64,000 bases of DNA, from the NCBI GenBank assembly GCA_030390025.1, contig CM059438.1, forward strand, positions 70,496,001-70,560,000. The letters run 5' to 3'. Under the pieces are notes generated by a model that was given only the letters and a program-made list of their open reading frames with translations, made no database searches and was not told the DNA's origin. The position numbers and the translations under genes were made by a program. Source of the DNA: Squalus acanthias (taxonomy: Eukaryota). This document shows positions 50,310-62,662 of the stretch, one piece after another. Within the stretch, counting starts at the first letter, position 1. Each line of letters opens with the position of its first letter.

Positions 50310-51302
50310 TATATTTCAAAAAGTACTTCATTGGCTGTAAAGTGCTTTGGGATGTCCTGAGGTTGTGATAGGCACTACATAAATGTAAGTCTTTCTTTAG
50401 TTTCATTCTTTAACGGTCTCCAAACTGCTGAGAAATCAGCAAAGGTAGAGTTTTGTATGCTTAATATGGAGTGCCTACTCTCTTGGTACGCCTCACTTAC
50501 GACAGGCCAGAAATAGTATCAGACTTCCTGCAATTTTGCTTCAATTCCCCTCCATTTTGATGTTTTTTTTTCCTTGTATGGACCCGTCCCGCCCTTTTTC
50601 ACCATTTGAGTAATTTGCACTCTGTTTTGCTCTTGCAATGTCTGTTATTTCAGAGAATCTGTTGTTTCTTCCCTTCTCTTGTTTTCATCTCAAAATGTTG
50701 ATACATACAAGCTAACCGAGAGTGGCGGGGGAATACCAACACTGAGGGGTTGTTTTGAATCTTAGAAGTTTGGATTTAACTTTCAACTGTCATTCCACAC
50801 AGCTGTAGAGGCAACTAGAATTTAAAAAAAAATCTCCATGTAAATGAAAGGTTGAGATGTTTTATCTCTGTTCCTTTTGCTGTAAACGCGGTGGTGCGAT
50901 GGCAGAAAGGGAGGACAAATCATCCCAAGCAGTAGCTGGAATGGGACTGGAACACAACAAAGGGCAGAAAATGCTAAAACCTGTGGTAGCTGGATCTAGC
51001 AGCTCTAAAAGAGAAAATGAAATCAATGCCAGGAAAATATGTCAGTGGGAAGCCCCGCTGGTAGATAGGCCCAGTTTGTTATTGGAAATGAGACACACTT
51101 AATGGTATCAATGTCTGATTAAAACCCATTGCTTAAACATAAGCAATAGGAGCAGGAGTCGGCCATACGGCCGCTCGAGCCTGCTCCGCAATTCAATAAG
51201 ATCATGGCTGATCATCGACCTCAACTCCACTTTCCCGCCCGATCTCCATATCCCTTGATTCCCCTAGAGTCCAAAAATCTATCGATCTCAGCCTTGAATA
51301 TA

Positions 51303-52476
51303 ACAACAACAACAACTTATACTTATATAGCGCCTTTAACGTAGTAAAACGTCCCAAGGTGCTGCACAGGAGTATTTTAAGACAAAAAATTTGACACTGA
51401 TCCACATAAGAATAAATTAGGGCAGGTGACCAAAAGCTTGGTCAAAGAGGTAGGTTTTAAGGAGCGTCTTAAAGGAGGAAAGAGAGGTAGAGAGGCGGAG
51501 AGGTTTAGGCAGGGAATTCCAGAGCTTAGGGCATCGGCAACAGAAGGCGCAGCCACCGATGATTGAGTGATTATAATCAGGGATCCTCAAGAGGGTAGAA
51601 TTAGAGGAGTGCAGGTATCTCAGGGGGTGTTGTGGGGCTGAAGGAGATTACAGAGATAAGAAGGGGCGAGGCCATGGAGGGATTTGAAAACAAGGATGAG
51701 AATTTTGAAATTGAGACGCTGCTTAACCGGGAGCCAATGTAGGTCAGCGAGCACAGGGGAGATGAGTGAACGGGACTTGGTGTGAGTTAGGACACGGGCA
51801 GCCGAGTTTTGGATGACCTCAAGTTTACGTAGGGTGGAATGTGGGAGGCCAGCCAAGAGTGCGTTGGAATAGTCAAGTCTAGAGGTAACAAAGGCATGGA
51901 TGAGGGTTTCAGCAACGGATGGGCTGAGGCAAGGGTGGAGACGGGCGATGTTACGGAGGTGGAAGTAGGCGGTCTTTGTTATGCTGCAGATATGTGGTCG
52001 GAAGCTCATTTCAGGGTCAAATATGACACCAAGGTTGTGAACAGTGTGATTCAGCCTCAGACAGATGTTAGGGAGAGGGATGGAGTCAGTGGTTAGAGAA
52101 CGGAGTTTGTGGTGGGGACCGAAAACAATGGCTTCAGTCTTCCCAATATTTAATTGGAGAAAATATTTGCTCATCCAGAACTGTATGTCGGACAAGCAGT
52201 CTGACAATTTAGGCCCGTGGAGGGTTCAAGAGAAGAAGTAGTGAGGTAGAGCTGGGTGTCATCAGCGTACATGTGGAAACTGACACTGGGTTTTCGGATG
52301 ATGCCGCCAAGGGGCAACATGTAGATGAGAAATAGGAGGGGGGCCAAGGATAGATCCTTGGGGCACACCAGAGGTAATGATGCGGGAGCGGGAAGAGAAG
52401 CCGTTGCAGGTGATTCTCTGGTTACGATTAGATAGATAAGAACGGAACCAGGCGAGTGCAGTCCCACCCAGCTGGA
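51303..52476 (-). mobile_element. L2 LINE 3' portion
   Basis: [36 protein letters not shown] and an (AAC)n tail at 51303. Confidence 0.92.
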
Positions 52477-53295
52477 GTGTCTAGACAGCTTATTGTCCCA
52501 CCTAGCTTTGTATCCTCAGCAAACTTTTTTTTTATTCGCTTATGGGATGTGGGTGTTGCTGGCAAGGTCAGCATTTATTGCCCATCCCTAATTTCCCTTG
52601 AGAAGGTGGTGGTGACTCAGCATTCACAGCCCTCTGGGGCAGAGAATTCCAAAGATTCACAGCCCTCGAGTGAAAAAATTCCTCCTCATCTGGGTCTTAA
52701 ATGGCCTACCCCTTATCCTGAGACTATGTCCCCTAGTTCTAGACACTCCAACCAGGGGAAACAACCTCTCAGCATCTACCCTGTCAATCCCCTTCAGAAT
52801 CTTGTATGTTTCAATGAGATCACCTCTCATTCTTCTAAATTCCAGAGAGTATAGGCCCATTCTACACAATCTCTCATCCCAGGAATCAATCTAGTGAACC
52901 TTCGTTGCATTGCCTCCAAGGCAAGTATATCCTTCCTTAGATAAGGAGACCAAAACTGTGCACAGTGCTCCAGGTGTGGTCTCACCAAGGCCCTGTACAA
53001 TTGTAGCAAGACTTCCTTACTCTTATACTCCAACCCCCTTGCAATAAAGGCCAACATGCCATTTGCCTTCCTTATTGCTTACTGTACCTGCATGCTAGCT
53101 TTCTGTGTTTCTTGCACAAGGACACCCAAATCTCTCTGAACACCAACATTTTGAAAGTTTCTCACCATTTAAAAATATTCTGTTTTTCTATTCATCCTAC
53201 CAAAGTGAATAACTTCACATTTCCCTACATTATACTCCATCTGCCACCTTACTACCCACTCACTTGGTCTATCTATATCCATTTGCAGACTCTTT

Positions 53296-54139
53296 GGGCT
53301 CAATTTTCACCGGCCCGTGGAGGCGGGTTTGGAGGTGGGAGTGGTGTAAAAATAGCAGATTCGGGGGTCCTGAACCCATCCCGCCCCCAACCCGCCTCCA
53401 TGCCAGTTTCCCAGGAGGTGGGTACCCGACCTGTGCTGGGACCCGCCTCCCTGAGGCAGGAAGGGGATTAGTGCCAATAAACTGCCTGTTAACAGGTAGT
53501 TAACAGGCAGTTTTTTGCCTAATCCCTATATTTAGCCCTGAAGTGTGGGCTTCCCGACAGGTCCGAACCACGGCGATTTAGCGAGGCGGACCGTCGGTCT
53601 GGAGGGCTTGGAGGGGTCGAGATGTCCGGTGTGCAGGTGAGTGATGGGTGCATGAGTGCAGAGGTAAGTGTGTTTGGTGTGTGTAAAGTGTTTTAAGAAC
53701 TTTTACTTACCTTAACTTTGTCCTGCAGGCGAGCTTTCGTAAGGTGTCGGGAGTCCCTCACATCCACGGCACAGAAAGCAGAATGGCCGCGGAGCTGTCA
53801 AAAGCTGCAGTCTCTGCTTTCTGTGCTGGATTGATTTCTAACTGAGTCTAAGTACAGGGACTCACGTTAGAAATCATAATGTCAGTGTTTGACAGCTTCA
53901 CAGAGCTGTCAAACGCTGAAATTTCATCTGTCAAAAGCTCTTGACAGATGAAATTTCAATGGCTGACGTCACCTGTATCCAAGGGACCCTTGATTGGCCT
54001 GCTAAGCCCGCTGGGCAGGTTTAACAAGGTCATTCAAGGGAAAATACAGTGGGTTGGCCACAAGTCGATGGAGGCGGGACTACAACCCAAAAAGTGGGAG
54101 TCCCGCCTCCATCACATCCCCATTGACAAAATCCAGCCC
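53296..54139. mobile_element. Harbinger-type MITE (844 bp)
   Basis: TIRs GGGCTCAATTTT/AAAATCCAGCCC with 3-bp TSD TTT (53293-53295, 54140-54142). Removing it restores the CR1 sequence. Related to 13260-14015. Confidence 0.88.
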
Positions 54140-54195
54140 TTTGTGTTCTCCTCACAGCTTACTGTCACACCTTGCTTTGTATCATCAGCAAACTT

Positions 54196-54457
54196 TTTGT
54201 TTAATTCGCTTATGGAATGTGGGCGTCGCTGGAAAGGCCAGCATTTATTGCCCATCCCTAATTGTCCTTGAGAAGGTGGTGGTGAGCCGCCTTCTTGAAC
54301 CGCTGCAGTCCGTGTGGTGAAGGTACTCCCACAGTGCTGTTAGGTAGGGAGTTCGACGATTTTGACCCAGCGACGATGAAGGATCGGCGATATACTTCTA
54401 AGTCAGGATGGTGTGTGACTTGGAGGGGAACATGGAGGTGGTGCTGTTCCCATGTGC
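54196..54457 (-). mobile_element. 3' end of non-LTR retrotransposon inserted in CR1
   Basis: 7-bp TSD CAAACTT (54189-54195, 54458-54464). [25 protein letters not shown]...[10 protein letters not shown]. Confidence 0.82.
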
Positions 54458-54984
54458 CAAACTTGGATACATTGCACTCGGTCCCTTCATCTAGGTCATT
54501 AATATAGATTGTAAATAGCTGAGGCCCCAACACTGATCCTTGCGGCACCCCACTAGTTACAGCCTGCCAACCTGAATAAGACCCGCTTATCCCTACTCTC
54601 TGTTTTCTGTCCATTAACCAATCCTCTATCCATGCTACTATATTACCCCAACCCCATGAGCCCTAATCTTGAAATGACACTTGCCATCGCAGTATTTGTA
54701 TAAGAAAGGATAAGCAGCCCACTACATTTAACGATAGATCTCAGTCTCCTAGTAACTGACTGAATCAGACAAATGGCCAAAAAGCTGGTCGTGGCATTTG
54801 CCAGCCAGACTATAACAAAGATAGATTGAAGATGCTTTGCAACTGAAAAAGAGTACATGATGGGTATGGATCTGAAGATAGCCCTTAAGCTATGTGTGCA
54901 GAAATAGTTATGAATCTGTTACCTGAGTAAATTCCATAAACATCCCATTAATGGGTACTTCGGTATCACAAAAACGATGACACA

Positions 54985-55768
54985 TGGTGGATGAAATTTA
55001 ACGCAGAGAAGTGTGAAGTGATACATTTTTGGTAATATAACTAAATGGTACATTTTTAAAGGGGGTGCAGGAACAGAGAGACAGAGTATGTATACAAATC
55101 TTTAAAGTTGAGAAAGCTGCTAAAAAAGCAAATGGGATTCTTGGCTTTATAAATAGAGGTATCGAGTACAAAAGCAAGGAAGTTTATAAAGGACTTTATA
55201 AAACACTGGTTAGGCCTCAGCTGGAGTATTGTGTTCAATTTTAGGCATTACACTTTAGGAAAGATGTCAAGGCCTTGGAGAGGGTGCAGAAGAGATGTAC
55301 TAGAATGGTACCAGGGATGAGGGACTTCAGTTATGTGGAGAGACTGGAGAAGCTGGTACTGTTCTCCTTAGAGCAGAGAAAGTTAAGAGGACCTTTAATG
55401 GAGGTGTTCAAAATCATGAACAGTTTTGATGGAGTAAATAAGGAGAAACTGTTTCCATTGGCAGAAGGGTCGGTAACCAGAGGACACAGATTTAAGGTGA
55501 ATGGCAAAAGAACCAGAGGCGACATGAGGGAAAAAAAAATTACACAGCAAGTTGTTGTGATCTGGAATGCACTGCCTGAAAGGGTGGTGGAAGCAGATTC
55601 AATTGTGACATTCAAAAGGGAATTAGATATACTTCAAGGGAAAAAATTTACAGGGCTGTGGGGAAACAGCAGGGCTGTGGGACTAATTGGATCGCTCTTT
55701 CAATGAGCCGGCACAGGCATGATGGGCTGAATGGCCTCCCTCTGTGCTGTACCATTCTATGATTCTGT
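54985..55768 (+). mobile_element. CR1 LINE 3' fragment
   Basis: ORF 55275-55706 ERVQKRCTRMVPGMRDFSYVERLEKL... and a ccattctatgattctgtga tail. Confidence 0.9.
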
Positions 55769-55914
55769 GATATTGCCATGTTTCTAAATCATCACAGCAG
55801 GCTCAAACTGGGTTAATGTTCACTGTAGTGTCTTTGCCTCCATAGAATTACTTGGGTGTGCACTTTGTTAGACCTCTTCCCTGAACCAAGAAGGGTAAAT
55901 GTTTCTTATTGGTA

Positions 55915-56188
55915 CAGGGATCCCTCCCCAACTGCGGGGGATACGTCCCTGAAAACCCCCGTGGTTAGTAAAACAGTTGTTAGTTGGCAAATTCAGTATA
56001 AACACAATAAAAAAGAATATAAAAAGCATATAAATAGCATAAAAATCATGTTTTTTACCTTATTCCTAAATTAAAAACCGCGGATACGCGAATTTCACGG
56101 CCGCGTTTGACAAAAATTGTCGCAGAGTGGAAACCGTGTATACGTGAAATCCGCGTATGGCAAACCCGCGGTTGGGGCGGGATTCCTG
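55915..56188. mobile_element. Tc1/mariner-pogo (Tigger-like) MITE
   Basis: 24-bp TIR CAGGGATCCCTCCCCAACTGCGGG vs CAGGAATCCCGCCCCAACCGCGGG (3 mismatches). TA TSD at 55913-55914 and 56189-56190. Confidence 0.87.
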
Positions 56189-58424
56189 TATTGATCGACT
56201 CTAGGCATGCCACAGCTAAGCTTGCTGCTGAGAAGTTGGCAAAGGAAATATCTCTTACGTTTTGTGATTGATTTACCTGCTGTCTAATTGAGGCACACCA
56301 TGTACAAGTGCAGTGTTCAAAAATGCAAGAGAGACGCTGGGAATTAAACACGAGATGATATCGCCTTATTATCTATCTTCAGTAAAAACAAACTGAAAGA
56401 TTGAACAAGACAGTCAAGTCGTTCAGCAGGGCCAGAACCTTAATTTTTGGGACAAGCCTGTGCCTCAACTGGCTTTTATTATCAGAGCTGCATCTCAGGC
56501 CAACACATAGGTGACTCCTTTTAGCCTCGCTGCAAATCCCAGATCATTCCACGGAGAATCATTTGACTGCTACAAGGCCCACTTGAAGACAGTGTTGGAA
56601 GATACATATCGGCTAGCAAAAGACTACTTGATTGTGTAATGTGCCAGTCAAAATAAAATGGCAAAAGAACACAGCTAATTTTCTACAATCTTGATGAATT
56701 GATGAAAGTAAGGACTCATCCTTCATCGATGGCAGTGCAAGTTACATTGGCTAAACTAGCCCCTATCTACAAGAGTCCATACAAGGTACTTGGACAATTA
56801 TTAGACTTAAATTATTGGCTTCAAAGGTTCTGAAAGTCTGCTGTCTTCTATGTGTGTGATCTGCTTCCATGCTTGACATTGGAAAAAGGTCATAGAGAAC
56901 TAGACAAGAAGGCACCAGAAAATCCTGAGGTTACTGCAGATAGGGAAAATGTTCTAACCTTCACCCTTATTGACATCATTATCAGTATTGTATGTGTCAC
57001 CTTCAGTTAACAGAGATACTACTGGGAGTGAAATCAAATCTTCGGTAGATGAATCTGAAAGAACAGAATCGGACGATGCAGTGTCTATACTGAGTCCATG
57101 GTGGGTTGTTTCAAATTTAGGGTGTTTCACTAAAACTGGTTGGATTTGGATCAGGGGAGATTGATAAAACCTTGTGATCTATGGGGAACTCGACAAATTG
57201 GGATACTTTGTCCTCACATCCCTCTGACCCCGAGAAACAGGAGGCTGTTTACCCCTGTTGCTCGGGCACTGTACCTGCTGAAAACTCAGTTCACCTCGAA
57301 GGTTACTTGATGGAAAGAAGCGAGTAGATGGAAAAATAAATTAAATTCGAAGAGGTTGAATGTCCCAGGGTTCTAATTGTAGTATTCTATCTAAATCTGT
57401 TTCTATGATATTTTGATGTTAAATCAGTTTGTTTGACAGGATTGATCAAACATGTTATATGCAGACAGGACATCAGATACTGAGGAAGGGATGGGGGATG
57501 TTTGGTCTATAGATCAAAACACAGAAGATTTTGTGAGGAGAGAGAGAGGTGGAAGGGAAAGTGCTGTTGCAGTTGCTGACTTGTAACATTGTTGCCCATC
57601 ATTATTAAATACACTCTGTTCTATATGCATAACTGTGCTTGCAGTTTTGTCTGGAGGAAGAGCCCATTATCCAGTGCTTGTAACTGCCTTCACAACTGAT
57701 ATCCCTCAACTTGATTAGCACAAAATGTACCAAAAGTTAAAAGAAAACAATTGTCTTTCCTTCCTGTGAATCAAATTTGAACAGATCTATGGTTGCCAAG
57801 ATAACATTAGTCAGATCTGACCAGGATCTGTTTGCAAAATTAAAGCCCATACAATTAAAGGGACAGTGGCAGCATGGATGCAAAATTGGCTAAAGAACAG
57901 AAAGCAGAGAGTAGCGATAAACGGTTGTTTTTCAGACTGGAGGGAAGTATACAGTGGTGTTCCCCAGGGGTCGGTATTAGGACCACTGCTCTTTTTGGCA
58001 CATATTGATGACCTAGATTTGGGTACACAGGGCACAATTTCAAAGTTTGCAGATGACACTTAACTCGGAAATGTAGTAAACAATGCGGAGGATGGCAACA
58101 GACTTCAGGAGGACCTAGACTGGTGAAATGGGCAGACACGTACCAGATGAAATTTAATGTAGAGAAGTGTGAAGTGACGTATTTTGGTAGGAAGAATAGG
58201 GAGAGGCAATATAAACTAAATGGTAAAATTTTAAAGGGGTTTCAGGAACAGAGAGACATGGGGTGTATGTTCACAAAGCTTTGAAGGTGGCAGGACACAT
58301 TGAGAAGGCTGCTAAAAAAGCATATGGGATCCTTGGCTTTATTAATAGAGGCATAGAGTACAAAAGCAAGGAAGTTATGTTAAACCTTTAAAGAACACTG
58401 GTTAGGCCTCAGCTGGAGTATTGT

Positions 58425-59033
58425 ATTGACCATATACAGCAGACACCTCAAAGCACTGGAGAGGTACCACCAACGCTGCCTCCGCAAGATCCTGCAAATC
58501 CATTGGCAGGATAGGCGCACCAACGTCAGTGTTCTCGCTCAGGCCAACATCCCCAGCATCGAAGCTTTGACCACGCTCGATCAGCTCCGATGGACGGGTA
58601 ACATCGTCCGCATGCCCGATACGAGACTCCCATAACAAGCGCTCTACTCGGAGCTCCGACACGGCAAGAGAGCCCCAGGTGGGCAGAGGAAATGCTTCAA
58701 GGACACCCTCAAAGCCTCCTTGAAAAAGTGCAGCATCCCCACCGACACCTGGGAATCCCTGGCCCAAGATCGTACAAAGTGGAGGAGAAGCATCCGGGAA
58801 CACGCCGAACACCTCGAGTCTCTTCGCCGGGAGCAAGCGGAAGCCAAGCGCAAACAGCGGAAGGAGCGCACGTCAACCCAAGCACCCCACCCACCCACCC
58901 CTTCAACCACCGTCTGCCCCACCTGTGACAGAGACTGTAGGTCCTGCATTGGACTCATCAGTCACCTGAGAATTCATTTTTAATGTGGAAGCAAGTCATC
59001 TTCGGTTCCGAGGGACTGCCTAAGAAGAAGAAG
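58425..59033 (+). mobile_element. RTE LINE 3' fragment
   Basis: Near-identical to 2912-3506. (AAG)n tail. 5-bp TSD ATTGT (58420-58424, 59034-59038). Confidence 0.92.
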
Positions 59034-59531
59034 ATTGTGTTCAATTCTGGGCACAACACTTTAGGATGGATGTCAAGGCCTTAGAGAGGGTGCAAAGGAG
59101 ATTTACTAGAAGGGTACCAGGGATGAGGGGCTTCAATTATGTGGAGAGACTGAAGAAGCTGGGCTTGTTCTCCTTGGAGCAGGGAAGATTAAGAGGAGAT
59201 TTGATAGAGGTGTTCAAAATCATGAACGATTTTGATAGAGTAAATAAGGAGAAACTATTTCCATTGGCTGAAGGGTCGGTAACCAGAGGGCACAGATTTA
59301 AGTCGATTGGCAAAAGAACCAGAGGCGACATGAGGAATTTGTCTTTACACAGCAAGTTGTTGTGATCTGGAATGCACTGCCTGAAAGGGTGGTGGAAGCA
59401 GATTCAATAGTAACTTTCAAGAGGGAATTGGATAAATACTTGAAGGGAAAAAATTTACAAGGCTATGGGGAAAGAGCAGGGGACAGGGACTAATTGGATA
59501 GCTCTTCCAAAGAGCAGGCACAGGCACGATG

Positions 59532-59972
59532 AAAGAAAGAAAGACCTGAATTTATATAGTGCCTTTCATGACCTCAGGATGTCTCAAAGCACTTTACAGC
59601 CAATGAAGTACTTTTTGAAGTGTAGTCACTGTTGTAATGTAGGAAATGCAGCAGTTAATTTGCTCCCACAAGCTCCCACAAACAGCAGTGTGATACTGAC
59701 CAGATAATCTGTTTCAGTGATGTTGATTGAGGGATAAATATTGGCCAGGAATAGCGTCTTGAACTAGTGCCACGGGATCTTTTACATCCATGTGAGAGGG
59801 CAGACGGGGCTCAGTTTAACATCTCATCCAAAAGGCGGCACCTCCAACAGTGCAGCACTCCCTCAGTACTGCAATGGAGTGTCAGCCTAGATTGTTGTGC
59901 TCATGTCTCTGGAGTGGAACTTGAACCCACCGACTGAGAGGTGAGAGTGCTACCAACTGAGCCACGGCTGAC
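59532..59972 (-). mobile_element. Full-length tRNA-Deu SINE
   Basis: Reverse complement starts gtcagccgtggctcagttggtagcactctc (A box) ... gggttcaagttcc (B box), then the Deu-like core and a (TTTC)n tail. Confidence 0.85.
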
Positions 59973-60506
59973 TGAGGGAGTTGCTGGAATGTTTTTTCTA
60001 GTAGCCTCCTTCTGTGCTGTGCTGTATCATCCTATGATTCTATGATCTGACTCGGATCACTGGTTCTTCCAAACTATGGCACATTTTAGGCAATTTATAT
60101 GATACTTATTAGAATAACTATTTGACCACCCACTTAAAGCTGCAATGCCCTCATAAATTAATCTGATGTAGAACTTTATGATAATGCCAACCAAATATCA
60201 TCTACCTTTTATTTACTAAGTTTGCTGACCTGCGTTCTGGGAATCAGATGATATGTCAATTTTTGTCTGATTACACTCCTGTGTCTTGGGACGTTTTACT
60301 ACGTTAAAGGCGCTGTATAAAGGCAAGTTGTTGTTCTGTGCACTGAACATTTTTTATTCTATATGTAACAGATCTATTTGTTGAACAACTCACCATAAGT
60401 AATTAATTGTAACTGTAATCAATATGCAACTTGGGAGAAGAGTGCTATAATTTGACACCTGAAAAAATGTAGAAGAGCAATCATTAAAGTGAGCTGGAAA
60501 ATATAT

Positions 60507-61680
60507 CTTCTCTTATAGGCAGTCCCTCGGAACCGAGGATGACTTGCTTCCACATTAAAAATGAGTTCGCAGGTGACTGATGAGTCCAATGCGGGACCTA
60601 CAGTCTCTGTCACAGGTGGGGCAGACGGTGGTTGAAGGGGCGGGTGGGTGGGGTGCTTGGGTTGACGTGCGCTCCTTGCGCTTGGCTTCCACTTGCTCCC
60701 GGAGAAGAGACTCGAGGTGTTCGGCGCCTTCCCGGATGCTTCTCCTCCTCTTTGTGCGGTCTTGGGCCAGGGATTCCCAGGTGTCGGTGGGGACGTTACA
60801 CTTTTTCAAGGAGGCTTTGAGGGTGTCCTTGAAGCGTTTCCTCTGCCCACCTGGGGCTCTCTTGCCGTGCCGGAGCTCCGAGTAGAGCGCTTGTTTTGGG
60901 AGTCTTGTATCGGGCATGCGGACAATGTGACCCGTCCATCGGAGCTGATCGAGCGTGGTCAAAGCTTTGATGCTGGGGATGTTGGCCTGAGCAAGAACAC
61001 TGACGTTGGTGCGCCTATCCTGCCAATGGATTTGCAGGATCTTGCGGAGGCAGCGTTGGTGGTACCTCTCCAGTGCTTTGAGGTGCCTGCTGTACATGGT
61101 CCATGTCTCTGAGGCATACAGCAGGGTGGGTATCACTGCTGCTCTGCAGACCATGAGCTTAGTGCCGGGTTTGAGGTCCTGGTCTTCAAACACTCTCTTC
61201 CTCAGGCGACCGAAGGCTGCACTGGCACACTGAAGGCGGTGTTGGACTTCGTCGTCGACGTCTGTCCTTGTTGACAGTAGGCTCCCGAGGTATGGAAAGT
61301 GGTCCACGTTGTCCAAGGCCTTGTCGTAGATTTTGATAATCGGGGGGCAGTACTGTGTGGCGGGGGCAGGTTGGTAGAGGACCTTTGTCTTACGGATGTT
61401 TAGTGTAAGGCCCATGCTCTCGTACGCTTCGGTGAAGGTGTTGACGATGGTTTGGAGTTCGACCTCCAAGTTAGCGCAGACGCAAGTGTCGTCTGCATAC
61501 TGTAATTCGACGACATAGGATGGGACGACCTTGGATCTGGAATGGAGGTGACCGTGGTTGAACAGTTTCCCATTTGTTCTGTAAATTAGCTCCACTCCAG
61601 CGGGGAGCTTACTGAGGGTGAGATGGAGCATTGCAGCAAGGAAGATCGAGAAGAGCGTTGGTGCGATGACACAGCCTTGC
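60507..61680 (-). mobile_element. RTE LINE 3' portion with uninterrupted 358-aa frame
   Basis: ORF 60555-61631 (LQYADD, C-terminal CPTCDRDCRSRIGLISHLRTH). Possible low-complexity TSD ATATAT. Confidence 0.93.
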
Positions 61681-62206
61681 TATATATATAATGCTTAACT
61701 CAGTTACAGAGCTATAGGCCATAGTTGTAGCCCTTTTACCACTTAATACTGGTATCTGTTTTGGAAAGGTTTTTGAGTTATACTGTACCACTTTGTACTC
61801 ACGCAAAATGGACGTCTTCATATGCAAAATTCAATAAAGATGCAGAGTGAAGTCTTCAGGTTTGCTAGAGGCAACTGGCCTGTCACTTGTTCACTAACAT
61901 TAAAACTTTAAAAGTGTAGAAGTGTCTTCAGTCTCTCATCATAACTCAGTCCATCCAACACCGAGGATCAGCCTCGTGGCTCTTCTCTGCACTGCCTCCA
62001 GCATGCAATTGTTTCCCTCAAGTCTCGCCTGCCTTGCTCTCTGGTCTTGATTCCCAATGAGTCCTGTCCCTTCAGATTTGTTTAGTTTCTTGGTGCCAAT
62101 GGATAACAGGAAGAACCACACTACATCGCAGCCTCAGTTCTCTCCCCTCCAAGGGGCCGACTTTCACTGTGCTCCCAGGACCTCACCCACGAGGCCCACT
62201 TTTCAT

Positions 62207-62662
62207 GTCAGCCGTGGCTGAGTGGTAGAACTCTTACTTCTGAATCAGAAGTGGTGGGTTTGAATCCCACTCCACTGACTTGAGCCCATAATCTAGGCTG
62301 ACACTCCAGTGCAGTGCTGAGGGAGTGCTGTACTGTCGGAGTACCGTTGTTCGGATGAGACATTCAACCGAGGCCCCCATCTGCCCTCTAAAACATCCCA
62401 TGGCACTATTCAAAGCGGGCAGTGGCGTTCTCCCGGTATCCTGGCCATTATTTAACCCTCAGACAACACCATCTAAAACAGATTACCTGATGATTATCTC
62501 TTTGCTGTTTATGAGATCTTGCTGTGCCAAAAATTAGCTGCCGCATTTCCCGACGTTACAAGTTACTACATTTCAAAAATACTTCATTGGCTGTAAAGCA
62601 CTTTAGGATCTTCTGAGGTCAAGAAATGCGCTGTACAAATGCAAGTTTGTTCTTTCTTTCTT
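62207..62662 (+). mobile_element. Full-length tRNA-Deu SINE
   Basis: gtcagccgtggctgagtggtag...gggtttgaatccc head, gtgctgagggagtgctgtactgtcggagtaccgttgttcggatgagac Deu-like core and an L2-like tail. Confidence 0.85.

Larger units (their letters stand above)
45490..50398 (+). mobile_element. tRNA-Deu SINE 3' half split by a Harbinger element (SINE parts ~45490-45613 and 50313-50398)
   Basis: The halves join as ...cagcgac-TAT-atttcaaaaagtacttcattggctgtaaag, as in 62560-62600. Confidence 0.8.
51135..54672 (-). mobile_element. CR1 LINE interrupted by an L2, a templated duplication, a MITE and another LINE fragment
   Basis: CR1 segments at 51135-51302, 52614-53295, 54143-54195 and 54465-54672 ([30 protein letters not shown]). 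Confidence 0.88.
54680..57700 (+). mobile_element. Highly decayed Ty3/Gypsy LTR retrotransposon (RNase H-integrase-PPT-3' LTR), interrupted by CR1 and a MITE
   Basis: Hand translation gives, in order: LVVAFASQTITKID*RCFATEKE (~54785), FHKHPINGYFGITKT (~54932), YLGVHFVRPLP*TKKGKCFLLV (~55849), LGIKHEMISPYY..QTERLNKTVK (~56337) and KLAPIYKSPYKVL (GPY/F motif, ~56753). Purine tract at 57482-57498 followed by TG. Confidence 0.75.
57828..60046 (+). mobile_element. CR1 LINE interrupted by an RTE and a SINE
   Basis: [13 protein letters not shown] and KFADDT, ORF 59066-59365, and the tail resuming at ~60004 (cctccttctgtgctgt...tatgattctatga). Confidence 0.88.

Noticed and set aside
1493..61233. Numerous antisense or alternate-frame ORFs over LINEs (e.g. 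3132-3434, 28823-29332, 60693-61112)
   Set aside because: They are shadow frames of RT-coding sequence, repeated in each TE copy, with no independent motifs.
62207..62280. tRNA gene
   Set aside because: A/B boxes are present but continue directly into the Deu core and L2-like tail, so it is a SINE head.
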